A stretch of 40,480 nucleotides of DNA, from positions 1 to 40,480 of the forward strand of contig CAKOKF010000001.1 in the NCBI GenBank assembly GCA_934090775.1, read 5' to 3'. Position numbers and translations under genes: made by a program. Below are positions 19,546-27,288 of this stretch, piece by piece. This stretch comes from an uncultured Bacilli bacterium (GTDB taxonomy: Bacteria > Bacillota_I > Bacilli_A > RF39 > UBA660). Position 1 is the stretch's first letter; each line of letters begins with the position of its first letter. The notes under the pieces were generated by a model. That model had not been told where the DNA came from and did not search any database. It was given only the letters and a program-made list of their open reading frames with translations.

Positions 19546-20466
19546 CTAGTTTTTCTTTAAGCTTCTTTTTATTTCTATTTCTTGTTTTCCTAAAGAAGTT
19601 ACCTTACCATCAAAAAAAGTCAAATTTTCTAAATCAATATAACTAATATAACCAGTATTAAAACCCATTTTCATTTTTAAAAACGAAGGAATTATCCCAT
19701 TACTTGCCGGAACATAATTAGATAAAGCCGGTATATAAATTAACACATTATCATTAATAATTTTAACCTTATATTGATAAGAATGGCCAACTAAAACTAC
19801 TTTTTTCATAGGTGTATTATTGCAATCACAGCTTAAAGGATGATACATATTTATAAAATCATTTTTTACTAAAATATGGCCATTTTCAATCCCAGCAATA
19901 GCAAAATCAGTTCTGTAATTTTCTAAAATTCTTGCAAAATTGACGCCATCTTTTCTTAAGCCTTTAACATCATGATTACCTAACACACAAATATTTAAGA
20001 TATTTATATCGAATGGATGGTTTTCAATAAAATATTCGCACTGCTCAAGATGTGTCCTGCATATATTTTTTCTTTCACTAGTTAAACCGTTTATCAAATC
20101 CCCGCCATTAATAATAAGATGAATTCCATTTTTCATTGCATAATCATAAAGAAGATTTAATAAATCTAGTCTTTCTTCTTTCGTTCCTAAATGCAAATCG
20201 GATATTAAAAGAGCATTTAATTCATCTTTATTTTTTAAAAGTAAAGTAACTCCACTACTTACATTTTTACCATTTTGTTCTTTATTAGGTGTATATAAAG
20301 TGCCGCCATTTATCAAATATCTTTTATCATATTCCAAGCCTTTATTTTTTAAATTTAACAATATATCTCTAAAAGTATCTTTGCTTAAATTCAATTTTTG
20401 ACATATTTCAATATTACTCTTTCCTTGTTTAATTAAATCAACTATTCTTTTTTCTAAACTACGCAT
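19546..20466 (-). CDS. Fusion of an N-terminal helix-turn-helix domain with a metallophosphoesterase domain
   Basis: The N-terminus MRSLEKRIVDLIKQGKSNIEICQKLNLSKDTFRDILLNLKNKGL is HTH-like. It is followed by LISDLHLG, NGGDLING, LGNHD and VGHSYQY; the last is the GHxH motif with the second His replaced by Tyr. RBS AAGGGAG. Confidence 0.75.
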   Translation of the reverse strand: MRSLEKRIVDLIKQGKSNIEICQKLNLSKDTFRDILLNLKNKGLEYDKRYLINGGTLYTPNKEQNGKNVSSGVTLLLKNKDELNALLISDLHLGTKEERLDLLNLLYDYAMKNGIHLIINGGDLINGLTSERKNICRTHLEQCEYFIENHPFDINILNICVLGNHDVKGLRKDGVNFARILENYRTDFAIAGIENGHILVKNDFINMYHPLSCDCNNTPMKKVVLVGHSYQYKVKIINDNVLIYIPALSNYVPASNGIIPSFLKMKMGFNTGYISYIDLENLTFFDGKVTSLGKQEIEIKRSLKKN

Positions 20467-20553
20467 ACTTATTCTCCCTTATTATTATGACATAGTTTTT
20501 TGAATTATTCTATCTTTATGAGCACTATTTATATCTTTTTTGATTGTTTAAAT

Positions 20554-20590
20554 TTAAAAAAGTCGCAAATTTAAATACTAATTTACAACT
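20554..20590 (-). terminator. Probable rho-independent terminator downstream of the rhomboid gene
   Basis: 11-bp stem with two GU pairs (20561-20571 pairs with 20580-20590) and an 8-nt loop, followed on the minus strand by a T-run. Confidence 0.5.
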
Positions 20591-20598
20591 TTTTATTT

Positions 20599-21723
20599 TT
20601 ATCTAAAAAATAACATATATAATATAAATACAACTAAAATGCCAAAAGTTATCCAACCATTAATACTACTTTGTTTATCAGTCTTATTTTTAATACCAAG
20701 ACCCATAGTGATAAATACACCACCAATTAAACCACCAACATGAGCATAAAAATCAATATTAGATACAATTAAACTTAAAGCTAAGTTTAAAATGATTACG
20801 GGAATAATTTCACTATATAAAGCTTTACCCATATATAATCGATAGTAATAGCCAAAATAACATAAGGCCCCCATAAGTCCAAAGATAGCCCCACTAGCGC
20901 CAAGGGACCAACCGGTATTAAAGATACAAGAAAACATGGAACCAATAATACCACTTACTAGATAAATTAGTAAAAATTTTTTCTTACCGAAGTAGTTTTC
21001 GGTGGCACAACCAATAACATATAGTGAATACATATTACATAGTAAATGCCAAATAGATCCATGCATAAACATCCCAGTAACTAACCTATAAACTTGTCCA
21101 CTTCTTACTAAAGAGCCATTTACAGCTCCCAAGGTAGTTAAACTTGGAAATAATATTTGTAAAATATAAACTAAAGTACAGATAGCCATTAAAACATAAG
21201 TAACAACTATCTTTTTAGGTTTAAATACTTCTTCATACTTTCTATTTTCCTTAGCTGTCTTACTATTTATATCATTAGTAACATTAACTATTAAATCAAC
21301 CTCGTTATCAGTATTAATAATATCTTTTTCAATATTAGGAAAAGCTTCTACTACGGTCTGGTTATGCACTAAATCTTCCGTATCATTTACTTTAATATTA
21401 TCAATATGATCAATACTATCTAATTTAACATCATCATTTAAATCTAAGAAAATATTTAAAACATTCATCTTCCAAGATAAAGTTTTCTTTTTTATTTGTC
21501 TTGCTACATTATTAGTTTTATATATATCAAAATTAAATTGTTCTTTATTATGTATATAATTAGAATTAATTCTTATTATTTTATATGGTCCTTCAACATT
21601 TTCTAACCACACTTCATTTCTTACGCCATTAACTACTATCGGTGTATAGTTTTCTTTAGTAACTAAGAAATGTACTAACTTCATGACAATTTCATCTTTT
21701 TTATCCATACTAATTGAACTCAT
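20599..21723 (-). CDS. Rhomboid family intramembrane serine protease (GlpG/YqgP-like) with a cytoplasmic N-terminal domain
   Basis: WHLLCNMYSLY (H..N), the catalytic GASGAIFGLMG, and AHVGGLIGG. The start is moved to ATG 21723, which has a GAAGGTGG RBS (the track GTG is at 21732). Confidence 0.9.
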   Translation of the reverse strand: MSSISMDKKDEIVMKLVHFLVTKENYTPIVVNGVRNEVWLENVEGPYKIIRINSNYIHNKEQFNFDIYKTNNVARQIKKKTLSWKMNVLNIFLDLNDDVKLDSIDHIDNIKVNDTEDLVHNQTVVEAFPNIEKDIINTDNEVDLIVNVTNDINSKTAKENRKYEEVFKPKKIVVTYVLMAICTLVYILQILFPSLTTLGAVNGSLVRSGQVYRLVTGMFMHGSIWHLLCNMYSLYVIGCATENYFGKKKFLLIYLVSGIIGSMFSCIFNTGWSLGASGAIFGLMGALCYFGYYYRLYMGKALYSEIIPVIILNLALSLIVSNIDFYAHVGGLIGGVFITMGLGIKNKTDKQSSINGWITFGILVVFILYMLFFR

Positions 21724-21778
21724 TTTTACCACCTTCTATTATTTTATTATACTTCATATAATTAGTAAAGGAGTATTT

Positions 21779-22102
21779 ATGACCACTATTACTATTATAT
21801 TATTTATTATTTCTTTTGCTTTACTTAACTTTTCTTTAATATCCATTCTTTATCATAATAAGCTTACTAATGATACTACTTATTTCATTTTAAGTAATTC
21901 GATTATTTTAGTTAGTATTCTTTTATTTTACTATTACTTTAATGATTATTATTTATCTTTAATATTTAGTGTTTTTTATTTTATTAATAATATTTGTCTT
22001 GCTATTGAGCTAAAAAAAGTTAGTATTAAATATTTTTTCTTTAGTATTCCGTATCTTTTATTTAATGTTTACTTTTTATCTTTATTAATTTTTAAATTAT
22101 AG
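21779..22102 (+). CDS. Small hydrophobic membrane protein (107 aa), function unknown
   Basis: ATG 21779 is preceded by AAAGGAG. There are 3-4 hydrophobic segments. The track ORF 21683..22102 includes a non-credible 32-aa extension that overlaps the rhomboid gene start. Confidence 0.55.
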   Translation: MTTITIILFIISFALLNFSLISILYHNKLTNDTTYFILSNSIILVSILLFYYYFNDYYLSLIFSVFYFINNICLAIELKKVSIKYFFFSIPYLLFNVYFLSLLIFKL

Positions 22103-23008
22103 AGTATCTTGTTCTAATTCTTCTTCATTATCTAACTTATCTAAAAAGTCTTTAAAGTACTTTGGAACATCTCTTTTAAAATACATTTTTTCTTTAGTAA
22201 TAGGATGAATAAATTCCATACTATAAGAATGTAAGAATTGACCGAAATCACCTGTACTTTTATTAGAATACACTGGGTCATTATAAACAGGATAACCAAT
22301 ATATTTCGTATGTACTCTTATTTGATGAGTTCTACCGGTCTCTAGTCTTGCTTTTACTAAAGTATATCCAGCTTTATATCTTTTTAAAACTTCTAAATGC
22401 GTTATAGCTTTTTTACTATTATTAGGAGTTACAGTCATTCTTAAACGATTCTTTTCATCACGACCTATTGGTGCATCAATCGTTGCTGTATCATGTGGAA
22501 ATACTCCACACAAAAGGGCTATATATTCTCTTCTGATACTATGTTCTTTAAAATATTCTCCCAATATTTCATGGGCTTTATTAGTCTTAGCAATCATAAT
22601 AAGACCGGATGTATCTTTATCAATGCGATGAACTATTCCTAATCTTTCAACACCGTTAATATCAGATAACTTATCCGTATAACTTTTTAAGGCATTAACA
22701 AGAGTATGATCTTTATTACCATTACCAGGATGTACTACCATCCCACTTGGTTTATTAACAATAATAATATCATCGTCTTCAAAGACAATATCTAAAGGAT
22801 AATCCCAAGGTATAATATCTTCTGTATTTGTTTTAACATTATTAATCGTAATTTTATCACCTTGTTTTACTTTATAACTAGGTTTTATCTTACTATCATT
22901 AACTAAAATATCGCCGTTTTTAATTAAATTTAAAATTAAGTTTCTTGAATAATCAGTATTATCCGCAATATACTTATCTATTCTTACATCATTTATATCT
23001 ACTATCAT
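22097..23008 (-). CDS. rluD: 23S rRNA pseudouridine synthase, RluA/RluD family
   Basis: An N-terminal S4-like domain, the catalytic HRIDKDTSGL and RTHQIRVH. There is an ATGA overlap with lspA. Confidence 0.9.
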   Translation of the reverse strand: MIVDINDVRIDKYIADNTDYSRNLILNLIKNGDILVNDSKIKPSYKVKQGDKITINNVKTNTEDIIPWDYPLDIVFEDDDIIIVNKPSGMVVHPGNGNKDHTLVNALKSYTDKLSDINGVERLGIVHRIDKDTSGLIMIAKTNKAHEILGEYFKEHSIRREYIALLCGVFPHDTATIDAPIGRDEKNRLRMTVTPNNSKKAITHLEVLKRYKAGYTLVKARLETGRTHQIRVHTKYIGYPVYNDPVYSNKSTGDFGQFLHSYSMEFIHPITKEKMYFKRDVPKYFKDFLDKLDNEEELEQDTL

Positions 23009-23445
23009 TTCTTAGCCCCCAAGCTCATTATTAAAACCATTAAAATTATTCCTAAAGTAATACATATATCAGCTAGATTAAAGATTGGAAAACTTATTCC
23101 AAAGATAAAGGTTTCTAAATAATCAATAACATAACCTCTAAATACTCTATCTATTAAATTACCTATTATACCACCCAAGATTACTCCGAATAATATATCA
23201 TACTTTTTAGTCTTTGGTAAATCTTTTCTTAAATTAAATAAGAAATATATTAAAATAAGACTAAATAATAAGATTAGATATCTTTTATTTTCTAAAAAAC
23301 TAAAAGCAACTCCATAATTATAAACTTTATGAATATTAAATAATTTAGGTATTACTTCTATAAATAATACTTTTTTATCTATTATAAACTTAATTATTTG
23401 GTCTAATAAAGTTATTAAAATACTGATTATAATACTAATTTTCAT
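23005..23445 (-). CDS. lspA: Lipoprotein signal peptidase (signal peptidase II)
   Basis: 146 aa with four TM segments, and the conserved GGIIGNLIDR and FNLADICITLG motifs. Confidence 0.9.
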   Translation of the reverse strand: MKISIIISILITLLDQIIKFIIDKKVLFIEVIPKLFNIHKVYNYGVAFSFLENKRYLILLFSLILIYFLFNLRKDLPKTKKYDILFGVILGGIIGNLIDRVFRGYVIDYLETFIFGISFPIFNLADICITLGIILMVLIMSLGAKK

Positions 23446-23460
23446 AACATCACTTTCTCA

Positions 23461-23691
23461 TTATACCATAATATCGACTAAAATAACATCTTCCCCAATT
23501 CTTTTTATTTGTTTGAAAGTAATTGTAGTTTCATTGTCTTTATTAAATAAGCTATTTAGGCTACCTCTTTTTTCAATGCTTAAGTATTCTATAATACCAG
23601 CATCATTTATTACAGCATCAATAATTCGCCCTATTCTTTTACCGTCATTTATATTTACGATATCTTTAGTTTGTAAATCGGATAAACGCAT
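23461..23691 (-). CDS. ylmC: YlmC/YmxH family PRC-barrel sporulation protein
   Basis: 76 aa. MRLSDLQTKDIVNINDGKRIGRIIDAVIN... matches the YlmC/YmxH N-terminal signature. RBS GGTGG. Confidence 0.75.
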   Translation of the reverse strand: MRLSDLQTKDIVNINDGKRIGRIIDAVINDAGIIEYLSIEKRGSLNSLFNKDNETTITFKQIKRIGEDVILVDIMV

Positions 23692-23764
23692 ATAACCACC
23701 TATTTAATTATATTGATGAATTATCTATTTTTTGCTAAAATAATTGTAGAAAGGACGATTAAAT

Positions 23765-24151
23765 ATGTACGATTACGCTTATAAAACTAGTATTGGCGGT
23801 TTTTATACTTTTAGATTAGTAGCATTTATTATTGCTATTGCGGCCACTATTATTATTTATACTGTTTTTATGGATAAACGTAACAAAGATAGTTATAGTA
23901 ACCCTTTAAAAAAGTTATTTGATTACTTACATTTTAACAAGTTCTTTATGGAACCTATTTTAAAGATTACTTATATCTTTTGTAGTCTATATTTAACTAT
24001 TACAGCTTTTGGCTATATTGGTACTTCTTTTTTAGTATTTCTTTTACTTTTAGTTTTAGGAAATATTATTTTAAGAATGGTATTTGAAGGTTTAATGGTT
24101 ATTTATAAAATTTATCTAAATTTAAATGAGATAAATAAGAAAATGAAATAA
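23765..24151 (+). CDS. Small membrane protein (128 aa), function unknown
   Basis: RBS GAAAGGA. There are three hydrophobic segments. The stop codon abuts the sigG stop codon with no spacer. Confidence 0.6.
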   Translation: MYDYAYKTSIGGFYTFRLVAFIIAIAATIIIYTVFMDKRNKDSYSNPLKKLFDYLHFNKFFMEPILKITYIFCSLYLTITAFGYIGTSFLVFLLLLVLGNIILRMVFEGLMVIYKIYLNLNEINKKMK

Positions 24152-24925
24152 TTATTTGATAATATGACGAAGAGTGCTGATGGCACTTTTTTCTATTCTT
24201 GAAACTTGGGCTTGACTAATATTTAGAGAAGCCGCTATTTCTTCTTGAGTTTTTCCCATGACATATCTATCTTCTAAGATTATTTGTTCTCTTTGTTTTA
24301 AACTAGTTAAGGCTTTTCTTAAAGTGAGTAACATATCTTTATCCTTATCTAAGCTTTTATCCGCTAATTTATCACATAAGTAAATGGTATCGCCACCATC
24401 ACTATAGATAGGTTCAAAAATACTTACGGGTGCTACTAAAGAATCCATGGCGCCTTTTATATCGTATAAAGTTAACCCTAAAGCATCACCAATATCTTGC
24501 CAAGAAGGCTCTCTATCATGTTCTTTTAAATATTCTTCTTTAAATTTTAAAATACGATAAGCATTATCTTTAATACCTCTACTAATACGTACTGATGTAT
24601 TATCTCGAATATACCTTCTAATTTCCCCCATAATAAGTGGAACAGCGTAAGTCGAAAATAAACAGTTATAACTAATATCAAAATTATCAACGGCTTTAAT
24701 AAGCCCAACACAACCTATTTGAAATAAATCATCAACATTATACTTGCTTTTATCAAATCTTTGAACTATGGATAAAACAAGACGTAAGTTACCATTTACT
24801 AAAGTATCTTTACATAACGTATCTCCTTCATGCATTTTAATAAATAGTTCTTTCATTTCTTCATTAGTTAGTGTTTTTAAACTACTAGTTTTAATCCCTG
24901 CAATATCTACTTTATATCTTCCCAT
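24152..24925 (-). CDS. sigG: Forespore late sporulation sigma factor SigG
   Basis: Near-collinear with my recollection of B. subtilis SigG: MGRYKVDIAGIKTSSL..NEEMKELF, LVNGNLRLVLSIVQRF, FSTYAVPLIMGEIRRYIRD, PVSIFEPIYSDGGDTIYLCDKLAD and ISQAQVSRIEK. RBS AGGTGA. Confidence 0.9.
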   Translation of the reverse strand: MGRYKVDIAGIKTSSLKTLTNEEMKELFIKMHEGDTLCKDTLVNGNLRLVLSIVQRFDKSKYNVDDLFQIGCVGLIKAVDNFDISYNCLFSTYAVPLIMGEIRRYIRDNTSVRISRGIKDNAYRILKFKEEYLKEHDREPSWQDIGDALGLTLYDIKGAMDSLVAPVSIFEPIYSDGGDTIYLCDKLADKSLDKDKDMLLTLRKALTSLKQREQIILEDRYVMGKTQEEIAASLNISQAQVSRIEKSAISTLRHIIK

Positions 24926-24940
24926 AACATCACCTAACCA

Positions 24941-24970
24941 AATTATGGAAATTTTCCTAAAATTTTATAC
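24941..24970 (-). promoter_or_regulatory. Candidate forespore (sigmaF/sigmaG-type) promoter of sigG
   Basis: On the minus strand, GTATA (24970-24966), an 18-nt spacer, then CATAATT (24947-24941). Compare the sigmaG consensus GHATR-18-CATXHTA: 5/5 and 6/7 matches. The -10 element ends about 9 nt before the RBS. Confidence 0.45.
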
Positions 24971-25063
24971 GTTTAAAGTTGAAGAAAAAGAAAAAAGTTA
25001 TAAAACTTTTAGTTTTACAACCTATCTATCTAAATTTTAAAAAAGCAAATAAGTATCTATAAG

Positions 25064-25807
25064 TCACTTTTGATAAACCTCTCCTTTAGGATAAATTAGT
25101 TTATTATTACTTATTGCCAAATCTTTATCTATATTCATAGTTTCCGTATATTCTTTACCATCTAACTTATATGTAATATCAACACTAAATTTACTTTTTT
25201 TATACCCCTTTTTTGTAAATAATTTATCATAACTATAATCTTCACCATTAATACCAGTAAAAAAACTATTTTGACCTTTAATTAATTCATCATCTATTTT
25301 AAATTCAACATTTATAATATCTCCTTCATTAATATCTTTATTTTTAATATCAAAAGTTCCACTCTTTAAAATAAATTTTTGACGTGATTCAACGAATACT
25401 CCATTCGTATAAGTAAAAGAACTACTTTCTCCATTTAAAATATATACTCTAATTTTATTAAAATTATTAAAGAAATAAATACTTAATAAAACAAATAAAA
25501 CAGTTAAAGTAAACATAGTTACTGTTAGAAAGTGAAATCTATCTATCTTTTTACCAATTTTTTTAGTTTCCGCTTCTAAATAATTGTCTTTTTCTTCTAA
25601 AGTTCCAAAGAACTCTTCCATAGAAATAGCAAAAACTTTACATAATTTTTGCATTATCTCAATTGATAAACCTCGTTGGTCATTTTCAATTTTTGTAAGA
25701 TAACTTCTTGAAATACCTAGTTTACTCGCCAATTCCTCTTGACTCATTTTTCTTTCTTTTCGCAAATTCTTTATTCTAGAGCCCATTAATTGTTCTTCAT
25801 TTTTCAT
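25064..25807 (-). CDS. Membrane-anchored XRE-family HTH protein with an extracytoplasmic C-terminal domain
   Basis: HTH_3-type MGSRIKNLRKERKMSQEELASKLGISRSYLTKIENDQRGLSIEIMQKLCKVF, one TM segment (FLTVTMFTLTVLFVLLSIYFF), then about 130 aa of unknown fold. The start is moved to ATG 25807, with a GAGGA RBS. Confidence 0.8.
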   Translation of the reverse strand: MKNEEQLMGSRIKNLRKERKMSQEELASKLGISRSYLTKIENDQRGLSIEIMQKLCKVFAISMEEFFGTLEEKDNYLEAETKKIGKKIDRFHFLTVTMFTLTVLFVLLSIYFFNNFNKIRVYILNGESSSFTYTNGVFVESRQKFILKSGTFDIKNKDINEGDIINVEFKIDDELIKGQNSFFTGINGEDYSYDKLFTKKGYKKSKFSVDITYKLDGKEYTETMNIDKDLAISNNKLIYPKGEVYQK

Positions 25808-25923
25808 ATTATTCCTCACAACTTAAATTTTACATTAACAAACCTTTTTTGTCTACTAAAACCATAGTTAATTAAGTTTTAAATAACATTATCATTATTG
25901 CGCCTAACTTTCTTTACCTGAAA

Positions 25924-25958
25924 ATTAAAAAAAGAAGTAGAAAAAAAACTACTTCTCA
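25924..25958 (-). terminator. Rho-independent terminator downstream of the Smr gene
   Basis: On the minus strand: AGAAGTAG, an 8-nt T loop, CTACTTCT, followed by TTTTTTTAATTTT. Confidence 0.75.
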
Positions 25959-25963
25959 AACAT

Positions 25964-26233
25964 TTATCTTATAGCTAATTCTACAATGGTTTGTCCATCA
26001 TTTAAACCATCAATATAATATTTATTAACCCTTTTATTTCTTTTTAACAATTCATGTGTTTTATTTCGTAAAGCTCCACTACCCTTGCCATGAATAATAA
26101 CCACTTTTTTATTTTTTAATTTAATATTATCTTTAAGAAAAGACTCAACTAAATAAACTATTGTACTAGTAGTCTCACCATGCAAATCTAAATGTGGCAA
26201 ATAATCAGTAAAAGGATCAATTATTTTTCTCAT
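25964..26233 (-). CDS. Stand-alone Smr domain protein
   Basis: 89 aa with LDLHGET and IIHGKGSGALR motifs. It overlaps the upstream kinase gene by 17 nt. Confidence 0.8.
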   Translation of the reverse strand: MRKIIDPFTDYLPHLDLHGETTSTIVYLVESFLKDNIKLKNKKVVIIHGKGSGALRNKTHELLKRNKRVNKYYIDGLNDGQTIVELAIR

Positions 26234-27122
26234 AAATTTTATTTACCTCATCAAGTTTTGGAATAGATAATCTCCCACCAACAACTCGTACGGCTAAACC
26301 TGCTGCTATATTACCATATTTAATAGATTTTTCTAAAGTAAAATTACTAGCAATACCATAACTAAAAGCCCCTGTAAAAATATCACCGCAACCAGATGTA
26401 TCAACCACATCCATCTTTAAAGATGGAGATATTTTTATTTGATCATCAACCATATACATAGCACCATTATTTCCTAATGTAATAATTATATTTTGATGCT
26501 CATAACGATTTTTAAGTTCTATATAAGCATTAACTAGACTTTGAACATTATTACTATCGATTATGGTCTTTAAATGGCCACTAACAAAATCTAAAGAACA
26601 TACTAAATAGTTTACTTTTAAAGCCAAATTTGCAATATCTTGATTAAAGCGAGTAGCTCTAAGTACTGTAACTGCTTTAGGAAATCTTTCTATGGTTGAT
26701 TTAGAGGCATAAGTATCATTGCCATCTAGAATTACTAAATCGGGTTGAAAATCAAAATCAAATTTTTTTAATTTAACAAATTCATCCGCTACATCAAATG
26801 TGGTTGGCACCTTATTTTTATTATCCACTAAAACAAAAGATAAAACAGTATCTTTTTCATAGGATGTTTCAATATATCTAGTATCAACTCCGACACTTTC
26901 TAGCTCCTTGCGAATCCTTGTTCCGTAAACATCATTACCTATAACCCCAGCAAAAGTAGACGATATCCCCCATTTAGCTAACATATAGGCTACGTTGCAA
27001 GCTGTGCCACCGCCACAGCCGATTTTATTTATAAATCTATCCTTACTACCTTCTTTAGGATAATCATCAACATTTACATAAATATCATAATTGGCCTGAC
27101 CTAATGATAAAGTTTTAATCAT
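26217..27122 (-). CDS. PfkB-family carbohydrate kinase (ribokinase-like)
   Basis: N-terminal GGGTACNVAYMLAKWG...GVIGNDVYG and the C-terminal signature DTSGCGDIFTGAF. RBS GGAGGA. Confidence 0.85.
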   Translation of the reverse strand: MIKTLSLGQANYDIYVNVDDYPKEGSKDRFINKIGCGGGTACNVAYMLAKWGISSTFAGVIGNDVYGTRIRKELESVGVDTRYIETSYEKDTVLSFVLVDNKNKVPTTFDVADEFVKLKKFDFDFQPDLVILDGNDTYASKSTIERFPKAVTVLRATRFNQDIANLALKVNYLVCSLDFVSGHLKTIIDSNNVQSLVNAYIELKNRYEHQNIIITLGNNGAMYMVDDQIKISPSLKMDVVDTSGCGDIFTGAFSYGIASNFTLEKSIKYGNIAAGLAVRVVGGRLSIPKLDEVNKIYEKNN

Positions 27123-27288
27123 ATTTTATCCTCCATTACACTAATATTCATACTAAAAATTATACTATATTTTCCTTAATAAAAAAAGTCCAACTTTTTT
27201 TATTCGAAAACTTTAAACAACGAATAGCAAAACAAAAGCTAAATTATTAATTGAATTAACATTTAACTTTTGCTTAATAAACTACTCT

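Noticed and set aside
21683-21778. A 32-aa N-terminal extension of the plus-strand ORF 21683-22102, which overlaps the start of the rhomboid gene.
   Set aside because: The internal ATG at 21779 has a strong AAAGGAG RBS. The extension has none, and it would overlap the divergent gene and its control region.
27181-27201. The hairpin AAAAAAAGT-cca-ACTTTTTTT as a terminator after ppdK.
   Set aside because: The stem is almost pure A-T with a 3-nt loop, so it is thermodynamically marginal. A longer GU-containing stem nearby (about 27235-27276) is equally unconvincing. I leave the ppdK terminator uncalled.
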